Positions 16,506-23,172 of a DNA stretch of 32,000 nucleotides are shown piece after piece. How positions within the stretch are numbered: the stretch's first letter is position 1; the number at the start of each line of letters is the position of its first letter. A program made the translations under genes and the position numbers. The stretch is from Candidatus Methylomirabilis oxygeniifera (GTDB lineage: Bacteria; Methylomirabilota; Methylomirabilia; Methylomirabilales; Methylomirabilaceae): NCBI GenBank assembly GCA_000091165.1, contig FP565575.1:600001-632000 (forward strand), read 5' to 3'. The notes under the pieces are model-generated. The model saw only the letters and a list, made by a program, of their open reading frames with translations. It was not told the DNA's origin and searched no databases.

Positions 16506-17192
16506 ATGGACTCTCGCTACATTGCTGCAGTTAGTATGGCGTTCGTAATAGCCATAGGTTTCCTCAGGACGCTCACCGCCTATAGAGGGTTGAAGAAGCG
16601 CAGGGACTTTGTATCTGAGTTCTCTGACAAGTTCGTGGAATTTGCCAATAATCCAGATTTCGACGGCAAGCTGTATTATTGGCTGACTCACAACTCGGTT
16701 GCCATTCAATCGGAACTTGGTCCCTTGGGTGTTGCATCCTACAAACCGCCGGCAATTGATTACGTGATACACAATTACCAGATGATCGTCAATCTTCTGC
16801 CAGAACTGAGAAGAAAGAAGACTGAGAATCGTTTGTTTCGCGATGGGGAAATCCACCGCGAATATGCCACAATGTGCCTGGATATCTTGGTCAGGTATCT
16901 GGGTGTAATCGATAGATGGCTACAAGAGGCGAGAGATGAGCTTCGAAACCCGTTTATCTGGCTTGGCCAAGGTGTTCAATCCATTCTGCTTTTGCCCGCC
17001 TATGTCCTGCACTGGTTTGGCTTACTTGGTGCATCTGCTCTGGGGACACTGACAAGAAACATCCTTGTCAAAAGCATTTCGTTCATTGTAGCTGTCGTGG
17101 GTCTTTTGAGTAGCTTGGTTACACTCCTCGTTGGATGGGAGGAGACGGCAAGAATAATTGGGCCTCTATGGCGCGACGCCTTTGGCCCATAA
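16506..17192 (+). CDS. Multi-pass membrane protein, no family recognised
   Basis: 228 aa. Hydrophobic segments YIAAVSMAFVIAIGFL, SILLLPAYVLHWFGLLGASALG and ISFIVAVVGLLSSLVTLLVGW. Same strand as the three upstream genes. Confidence 0.6.
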   Translation: MDSRYIAAVSMAFVIAIGFLRTLTAYRGLKKRRDFVSEFSDKFVEFANNPDFDGKLYYWLTHNSVAIQSELGPLGVASYKPPAIDYVIHNYQMIVNLLPELRRKKTENRLFRDGEIHREYATMCLDILVRYLGVIDRWLQEARDELRNPFIWLGQGVQSILLLPAYVLHWFGLLGASALGTLTRNILVKSISFIVAVVGLLSSLVTLLVGWEETARIIGPLWRDAFGP

Positions 17193-17201
17193 GTCATGGC
17201 A

Positions 17202-17266
17202 GCCCAACATCACGTGCATCCGACCGCTTCGCGCTATGTGCTCGCGGCTTATGCGCTGCGTTCGCT
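17202..17266 (+). other. attC-like imperfect palindrome S4
   Basis: GCCCAAC (17202-17208), 5-nt spacer, then GTGCATCCGAC (17214-17224). That arm pairs with GCTTATGCGC (17247-17256). A 3-nt spacer and GTTCGCT (17260-17266) follow. Centre is CCGCTTCGCG...CGCGG. Confidence 0.45.
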
Positions 17267-17450
17267 GATTTCGGGGACACCATGCTGTATGCTTCACTTC
17301 GGGATTGAGTGGGAATCGGTATGGTATCCTAATATCCTGGGTCGGAAGTTCGGCGAAGAAATAGGCGCCGCATGTGGTGTCACTCCCGCGAAGCTTGTCC
17401 CCGCGGGCTTTAGGCGGGGAGCGGGAATCCAGAACTTCTCTTACTCGCTG
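17249..17450 (+). repeat. R200 repeat, copy 1 (structured, apparently non-coding)
   Basis: Aligns with 19072-19281. Contains the imperfect inverted repeat GGACACCATGCTG / CGGTATGGTATCC and a GTCAyTCCCGCG...GGGAATCC double hairpin. Confidence 0.85.
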
Positions 17451-17632
17451 GATTCCGGCTCGCGCCCGCTACGCGGCCCCCGACCTGATCGGGGGCGGAA
17501 TGACGTCGGAATATCTGCAACGAATTTCAGAAATGGCTCTTCCGGATTGAGTGTGGGTAAAGATCCAAACCTCCGCAATGAAAGTAGATCGCGGTCTTGA
17601 AGTGCTCGACGTTGCGGCGTCAAGACCTCGCC

Positions 17633-17732
17633 GGTCGCCACCGTCGTGATCTTTCTGGCATCCCAACAGGCCAGCCTCGTGACCGGCGCATGCGTCACCG
17701 TCGACGGCTGTCAGCCGCGTTCGCTCATCTGA
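17633..17732 (+). pseudogene. Third copy of the SDR gene 3' end (100 bp)
   Basis: Aligns to 8399-8498 with 4 mismatches by my count and ends at the same TGA. Preceded by the hairpin GGTCTTGA (17593-17600) / TCAAGACC (17620-17627). Confidence 0.8.
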
Positions 17733-17814
17733 CGCCCGGGCCACGCTTGACAGGGAAGACGTTTATCTATACAAATCTCCGCCTGGAAGGCGAACAAACG
17801 ACAGAGGGTGCAGT

Positions 17815-18027
17815 ATGAAAAAAATCGTTGCTGAACCGTATCGCGATATCGATTTCTCCCGTGCCAAGCGAGGCGCAGTCATCAAGCCGGAGCCTGGCAA
17901 GACCAAGATTTCTATCCGGCTCGACAATGCCATCCTCGACTATTTTCGCTCACTGGCTGACGAGGCGGGTGGCGGGAGTTATCAGACACTGATCAACAAC
18001 GCCCTGTCCGCGTATATCCAGCAGTAA
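17815..18027 (+). CDS. BrnA-like (DUF4415/CopG-like) antitoxin, orphan
   Basis: 70 aa. KISIRLDNAILDYFRSLADEAGGGSYQTLINNALSAYI matches the BrnA pattern. No BrnT-like ORF lies upstream. Confidence 0.7.
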   Translation: MKKIVAEPYRDIDFSRAKRGAVIKPEPGKTKISIRLDNAILDYFRSLADEAGGGSYQTLINNALSAYIQQ

Positions 18028-18205
18028 TCGGTCCTGGAGGCGGTTCGACGGGTTGTCAGGGAGGAACTCGTTCTCCCGAAAGCGGGGCGTGATTTAACTC
18101 GACGGTCGACAGGACGCCGCGCGAGCGCGACGTAAGCCAGGTAACGCACCGGGCACTTCGTTTCACTGCCGACAACGCCCTCGTCACCTGTTCCGACTCC
18201 CTCCA

Positions 18206-18424
18206 TTGTCCTAAACCGAGACGGCAGAGGGGTTCGCAGCCTTGGACGCACCCGCGGAATCTTACGTTGGTCGGCCCTATTAGGATTAGGCCGACCGCTG
18301 TGGCGGCCTTTGCCGCTATAGGCCTTGTTGAAATTCCGTTGACAAGCCTGTGAAATCGCAGGAAACTCCAACGTATTGTGAGTAGCCTTGAGACTATACG
18401 ATACAGACCAGTATAATCATAGTT
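18206..18424 (+). repeat. R220 repeat, copy 2
   Basis: See 11638-11858. The inner hairpin is perfect here (GGTCGGCC/GGCCGACC). Confidence 0.85.
18388..18417 (+). promoter_or_regulatory. Putative sigma70-type promoter (TTGAGA-N18-TATAAT) upstream of the antitoxin/ParE pair
   Basis: Same position within R220 as 11822-11851. By eye only. Confidence 0.35.
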
Positions 18425-18478
18425 AGCTATCAAGAAGAGCAACTTGCTGACTTGGTCAAAGGAGCGTATCATCAGGCT

Positions 18479-18700
18479 ATGAGTACGCCAACCATCGACA
18501 TTGAGAAGCTCTCCTCCGAGGAACGCCTTCGCCTTATTGAGGACCTGTGGGAGAGCCTTCGCACGAGACCGGACGCGGTCCCGCTGACCCGCGCGCAGCA
18601 GGACGAACTCGATCGCCGTCTTGATGAACTCGACCGGGGCGAAACCGAAACGGTCCCTTGGGAAGAGGTCAAGCGACGGCTCCGTGATCGGCCCGAGTGA
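18479..18700 (+). CDS. Addiction-module antitoxin (small acidic helical type paired with ParE/RelE toxins)
   Basis: MSTPTIDIEKLSSEERLRLIEDLWESL...LDRRLDELDRGE. The ORF is open from TTG 18452 but I prefer ATG 18479. Its stop overlaps the toxin GTG start (GTGA). Confidence 0.75.
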   Translation: MSTPTIDIEKLSSEERLRLIEDLWESLRTRPDAVPLTRAQQDELDRRLDELDRGETETVPWEEVKRRLRDRPE

Positions 18701-18996
18701 CTCGATCCGGGTTTCGGCCAGCAGCCTCGGCCGATGTCCAGGCCGCCTACGAGTGGTACGAATCGCAACGTCCGGGCCTCGGCAACGAGTTCATCACTGC
18801 CGTGGATACCGCCGTCGCATCTATTCTTGCGTTCCCAAAGGCTTACGCCGTGGTTCATCGTGGTGCCCGTCGCGTCTTGCTCGAACGCTTTCCATATGGC
18901 CTCTACTACCGTATCGACGGTGCGAGGATTGTTGTCGTCGCATGCATGCACGCGGCGCGCGATCCAAGGCGGTGGCGTTCGCGCCTTGATGGTTAA
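18697..18996 (+). CDS. RelE/ParE-family type II toxin
   Basis: 99 aa. AASADVQAAYEWYESQRPGLGNEF...RVLLERFPYGLYYRIDGARIVVVACMHAARDP is a typical ParE-like pattern. Confidence 0.8.
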   Translation: MTRSGFRPAASADVQAAYEWYESQRPGLGNEFITAVDTAVASILAFPKAYAVVHRGARRVLLERFPYGLYYRIDGARIVVVACMHAARDPRRWRSRLDG

Positions 18997-19089
18997 CACG
19001 CGCGTCAACCCGCCGGTCCGTCCGGCTGCGCCGGTTACGTCTCCATGGAGCGAGTGCGGGCGGCCCTCGGGTTACGCGCCCCGTTCGCT
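18991..19089 (+). other. attC-like imperfect palindrome S5
   Basis: GGTTAAC (18991-18997) overlaps the TAA stop. GCGCGTCAACC (19000-19010) pairs with GGTTACGCGC (19070-19079) as 10 bp with one bulged C. GTTCGCT lies at 19083-19089. Internal CTCCATGGAG palindrome. Confidence 0.4.
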
Positions 19090-19281
19090 GATTTCGGGGA
19101 CACCATGCTGTATGCTTCACTTCGGGGTTGAGTGGGAATCGGTATGGTATCCTCATGTCCTAGGTCGAAAGTTCGGCGAAGAAATAGACGCCGCATGTGA
19201 TGTCATTCCCGCGACACTTGTCCCTGCAGGCTTTAAGCGGGGAGGGGGAATCCGGAACTCCTCTTACTCTCTTACTCGCTG
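19072..19281 (+). repeat. R200 repeat, copy 2
   Basis: See 17249-17450. Carries a tandem duplication of CTCTTACT near its 3' end. Confidence 0.85.
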
Positions 19282-19339
19282 AAAAGGGGTCAAGTCTGCC
19301 CTTGACTCACATTGGTGGTCCTGGTTCTGTCTTCCGACG

Positions 19340-19447
19340 TTGCGATTCCTTCGCATTGCATACCCCGGCGCCTACTCTCATGCCATGAACCGCGGCTTGG
19401 CCGACCAGGATGCGTTCACGAATCGATTCGACGGCAGGCTAGCCGAG
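19340..19447 (+). pseudogene. Remnant of a Y1 (IS200/REP-associated tyrosine transposase-like) transposase N-terminus
   Basis: RIAYPGAYSHAMNRGLADQDAF resembles the conserved RIxxPGxxYHVxxRG...F N-terminal motif. Similarity is lost after about 35 aa, and the ORF runs antisense into hicA. Confidence 0.45.
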
Positions 19448-19536
19448 CGCTCGATGTCTCCTTGTGGGGGACGATCTTTTGTAGGGGAAGGCGTTGGGAC
19501 GGTGCGAAGAGAGTGTGAAAGAGGCGCGGATCGCCG

Positions 19537-19764
19537 TTACGATTTCAGGAGCTTGGTAAATTCAGCGTCAGTGAGATTGGCTTGTCGGAGCATGCGGTGG
19601 AACAGGGCGGTCGGGATGTCTCGACCATGCTGATGGCTTACTCGCACTTGGAGAATCGTTCCATCCGTGAGGATCTTCCGCCAGGTTTCGTGCTTCTTCG
19701 ATCGAACTAACAGAAATCCAGCCTTATGCAGTACGCTTCGGAAATCAGCATAGGTCGATGGCAT
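19537..19764 (-). CDS. hicA: HicA-family mRNA interferase toxin
   Basis: 75 aa. LHKAGFLLVRSKKHETW...VSHQHGRDIPTALFHRMLRQANL matches the HicA pattern. Confidence 0.8.
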   Translation of the reverse strand: MPSTYADFRSVLHKAGFLLVRSKKHETWRKILTDGTILQVRVSHQHGRDIPTALFHRMLRQANLTDAEFTKLLKS

Positions 19765-19767
19765 CCG

Positions 19768-20052
19768 TCAGGTGAAGAGGGTTTTGACGTGTTCCTTCGA
19801 TCCCATTGCATGGATTGCCTGAATAAAGGGAGCATGGGCCGCCCGATTGGGGCTTTGGCTGAACCGGTCGTACTCTTCCATATACTGTTCCGCGTAATCA
19901 ATCGCCATCTCGATGAGATCCTCGAAAGCGGCCTCGAGAGTATCCCCTTCTGCGGCCAGATCAAGTTCCGGACAGACAATGACGTACTTGCCGTCAGAAG
20001 GCTCAACAATAGCCGTCAAGGCGGTGGCGCGCTCTTTCAGGATTATTGCCAT
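19768..20052 (-). CDS. hicB: HicB-like antitoxin
   Basis: 94 aa. TAIVEPSDGKYVIVCPELDLAAEGDTLEAAFEDLIEMAIDY matches the HicB N-terminal fold pattern. 3-nt gap to hicA. RBS GGGAGGAAG. Confidence 0.7.
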   Translation of the reverse strand: MAIILKERATALTAIVEPSDGKYVIVCPELDLAAEGDTLEAAFEDLIEMAIDYAEQYMEEYDRFSQSPNRAAHAPFIQAIHAMGSKEHVKTLFT

Positions 20053-20199
20053 CTGGCTTCCTCCCTTCCTCTCTTTTCGTTTGTATCAGAAAAGGAAAAG
20101 GAAAACAAGCGGTGCTATGGACCGACGCCTGCTATCATGTCATGAATTGCGGCCTAGCCTAAGAGGATTCGAGCCCGACGGGGCCGCTACGCCGGTGCG

Positions 20200-22692
20200 C
20201 TAGCGAACGGGCTGGATGTTCCAGATCTCGCGGGCGTATTCGGCGATGGCGCGGTCGCTGGAGAATTTGCCGATACGGGCAACGTTGAAGATCGCCTTGG
20301 ATGCCCAGCCCACCGGGTCTTTGAAGGCCTGAGTAACCCGGTTCTGAGTGTCGATATACGATTCCAGATCGGCCAGATGCAGGTAAGGATCCCCGCGATC
20401 CAGTACCTGTTCATTGATCCAGCGGAACAGGCCAGGCTGGTTCGGACAGAACAGATTGGATCCGAATGCGTCCATGAGACGTCGTATGTGGGGATTACGA
20501 TGATAATAGTCTCGAGGATGATAGGACCCTCGCTCCCGTATCTGCCTGACCGCGTCGACCTGCAATCCGAAGAGAAAGATATTCTCCTCGCCCACCTCTT
20601 GCATGATCTCGATATTGGCCCCATCATAGGTGCCGACGATGACGGCGCCATTCATCGCGAACTTCATGCTGCCGGTCCCTGAGGCCTCCGTGCCGGCCAT
20701 TGAGATCTGCTGGTTGACATCCGCAGCCGGAACGATCTGTTCCGCCAGGGAGACGCGGTAGTCGGGAAGAAAGACCACCGTGATCAGCCCCTTCACCCGG
20801 GGATCGTTATTGATCACCTGGCCCACACTGGTGACCAATTTAATGATCTGCTTCGCCGTCCAATATCCCGGCGCCGCTTTACCGGCAAAGATGTACACGC
20901 GAGGCACAGGCGGTTCCTGCCCGTCTTGAATGATGCACAGATACTGGTGGACGATCTGCATGATATTGAGCAGTTGCCGTTTGTACTCGTGAATCCGTTT
21001 GACGTGCACATCGAACAACGCATCCGGACTGACGACGACCCGATCGGCGTCGTAGATGAGTCGTGCCAGTCGCGCCTTATTCACCCGCCTCATCGCGATA
21101 AACGCCTGTCGGAAATCCGCATCCTGAGTATACGGTTCCAGCGCTCGCAGCTTCTCAAGGTCGGTGATCCATCCGTTGCCGATGGTGTTGCTGATGAGAT
21201 CGGACAACAGCGGATTGGCTTGAAGCAGCCAGCGTCGCGGTGTCACGCCGTTCGTTTTGGTGCTGAATTTGTCCGGCCACAGTTGAGAGAAATCAGGCGC
21301 CAAATGGGTTCTCACCAGTTGAGTGTGGAGCGTCGATACGCCGTTGACGGCATGGCTGCCGACAAGCGCGAGATTGACCATGCGCACGTGCTTCTGCGGC
21401 CCCTCCTCAATCAGGGACATGCGTCGCAATCGCTCGTGGTCGCGCGGCCACATGGAGGCCACCTGCGCCAGGAAGCGGCGGTTGATCTCGTAAATGATCT
21501 GGAGATGTCGCGGCAGGACGGCCTCGAGCAGCGAGACCGGCCATTTCTCCAGCGCTTCCGGCATCAGGGTATGGTTGGTATACGATAACGTCGCCTGCGT
21601 CATCTCCCAGGCGGTCTCCCAGGGCAGGGCATGTTCGTCAACCAGCATCCGCATTAATTCCGCAACGGCCAGGGCCGGATGGGTGTCGTTGAGCTGAATG
21701 GCGACCTTGGAGGCGAACTGGTCAAACGTGTCATGACTCTTGCTATACCGGCGGACAATATCCCGGAGGGCGCATGCCACGAGGAGGTATTCCTGGAGCA
21801 GTCGCAGTTCCCGACCCGCTTCGATCGAGTCGGCGGGGTAGAGGACCTTCGAGATGGTCTCCGAGGCGATCTGCTGCTCAACCGCCTTCAAATAGTCCCC
21901 CTCATTGAAGATCTGCATATCGAATTCCTCGGAGGATCGTGCCGAGTACAAACGCAGCACATTGACCGTAGTCCCGCCGTGCCCGACAATCGGCATATCG
22001 TGCGGGACACCGATAATGATCTTCCAATCCATCCACATGGGATTGTACGCGCCGGTGCGATCAATGCCATGTTCGACGCGACCGTATACTGGTACGATAC
22101 AGGCCTCATCGGGGCGCTCGATCTGCCAGGGGTTGCCGCGGGCCATCCAGTTGTCCGGTTTTTCTCTCTGATACCCACTGTCAATGGCCTGCTTGAACAG
22201 GCCATACTCATAGTTAATACCGTATCCGTATCCCGGCATACCCATCGTGGCGAGCGAGTCCAGAAAACAGGCCGCCAGGCGGCCGAGGCCGCCATTGCCC
22301 AGCGCGGCTTCAGATTCGCCTTCCAGCACCTCATCGAGATCGACGCCCATCGTCCGGAGCGCCTCCCGGCAAGGATCGAGCATCTCCAGATTACTCAGGT
22401 TATTTCTCAAGGACTGTCCGAGGAGAAACTCCATGGAGAGATAATGCAGGCGCTTAGGATCGAGCTGTTGATATCGGTCCTCGGTGTCCAGCATCCGGTC
22501 GACGAGGGCGTCTCGCACCGCGAACGCCACGGCCATAAACAGCTCGCGGTCGGAACAGCGCTCCCATTTGTTTCCCAATGAATACCGGGCATGATGGCGG
22601 ATTGCGTCCTGGAAGGCGGATACCGTGAGGGCCACATGACGACGCGTTCCGGAGTCGGACCCCGGATCCTGCTCAAGTCTCCTGATCGACAT
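20200..22692 (-). CDS. glgP: Glycogen/alpha-glucan phosphorylase
   Basis: 830 aa. LGNGGLGRLAACFLDS, the PLP-lysine context EASGTGSMKFAMNGA and TNHT motifs. Confidence 0.95.
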   Translation of the reverse strand: MSIRRLEQDPGSDSGTRRHVALTVSAFQDAIRHHARYSLGNKWERCSDRELFMAVAFAVRDALVDRMLDTEDRYQQLDPKRLHYLSMEFLLGQSLRNNLSNLEMLDPCREALRTMGVDLDEVLEGESEAALGNGGLGRLAACFLDSLATMGMPGYGYGINYEYGLFKQAIDSGYQREKPDNWMARGNPWQIERPDEACIVPVYGRVEHGIDRTGAYNPMWMDWKIIIGVPHDMPIVGHGGTTVNVLRLYSARSSEEFDMQIFNEGDYLKAVEQQIASETISKVLYPADSIEAGRELRLLQEYLLVACALRDIVRRYSKSHDTFDQFASKVAIQLNDTHPALAVAELMRMLVDEHALPWETAWEMTQATLSYTNHTLMPEALEKWPVSLLEAVLPRHLQIIYEINRRFLAQVASMWPRDHERLRRMSLIEEGPQKHVRMVNLALVGSHAVNGVSTLHTQLVRTHLAPDFSQLWPDKFSTKTNGVTPRRWLLQANPLLSDLISNTIGNGWITDLEKLRALEPYTQDADFRQAFIAMRRVNKARLARLIYDADRVVVSPDALFDVHVKRIHEYKRQLLNIMQIVHQYLCIIQDGQEPPVPRVYIFAGKAAPGYWTAKQIIKLVTSVGQVINNDPRVKGLITVVFLPDYRVSLAEQIVPAADVNQQISMAGTEASGTGSMKFAMNGAVIVGTYDGANIEIMQEVGEENIFLFGLQVDAVRQIRERGSYHPRDYYHRNPHIRRLMDAFGSNLFCPNQPGLFRWINEQVLDRGDPYLHLADLESYIDTQNRVTQAFKDPVGWASKAIFNVARIGKFSSDRAIAEYAREIWNIQPVR

Positions 22693-22695
22693 CGG

Positions 22696-23166
22696 TCACT
22701 CCCTCAGTGGCGCTTCTCTGGATTGACGTGATTGAAGAAACCTCGTCAGGGTCAGAATATTTTTCCCGTGAGATGTCGTATATGTGACCTCGTCCATGGT
22801 TGTCCTGATAATCGCAAGCCCCAACCCCCTTTCGGGAATTCGCTCCAGGCATTCGGGATCAAAATCGAGCGGCGAAGCGGCCTGGGGCGCGAGGCACTTC
22901 GGGTCCATGGTCCTTCCCGCGTCGCAGATCTGGATGATCAGTCGGTCCGAATAGTGGCCAAAGATGACCTCCACCTCATGCTCCGCGTCCCTGCCGTAGG
23001 CATGGACGATGGCATTATTGACCGCCTCGACGACGCACAACGCGATCTGGTGCGATTCGATATCGGAGAGCGGGGCAAGCGAGCAGAGCCGCTGTATCGC
23101 TTGACCGATAAGCGGCACATTGTGCAGATCGCTGGTGATGGTCAATGTGATCCGTCTGCCGCTCAA
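22696..23166 (-). CDS. RsbW/SpoIIAB-like anti-sigma-type serine kinase (HATPase_c_2)
   Basis: 156 aa. N-box EAVNNAIVHA and G-box GLGLAI. Its stop is 3 nt from the glgP ATG. Confidence 0.8.
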   Translation of the reverse strand: MSGRRITLTITSDLHNVPLIGQAIQRLCSLAPLSDIESHQIALCVVEAVNNAIVHAYGRDAEHEVEVIFGHYSDRLIIQICDAGRTMDPKCLAPQAASPLDFDPECLERIPERGLGLAIIRTTMDEVTYTTSHGKNILTLTRFLQSRQSREAPLRE

Positions 23167-23172
23167 CTCGCC

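Noticed and set aside
13086-17266. The post-gene palindromes read as rho-independent terminators.
   Set aside because: None is followed by a T-run. The stems carry bulges and AAC/GTT termini, so they are reported as attC-like candidates. A role in RNA 3'-end stabilisation cannot be excluded.
17196-17600. ORFs 17196-17600(+) and 18734-19282(+) share SLISGTPCCMLHFG(I/V)EWESVWYP..., which looks like a duplicated small gene.
   Set aside because: The shared part is the R200 repeat. Differences between the copies are mostly non-synonymous in that frame (about 4 of about 15 are silent). There is no RBS or conserved start, and the region is full of REP-like hairpins. I treat it as non-coding.
20150-20199. 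tRNA-like TTCGAG/TCGAATCC strings between hicB and glgP, which could have been an integration-site tRNA fragment.
   Set aside because: The flanking bases do not form a T-arm stem and no acceptor or anticodon arms are visible.
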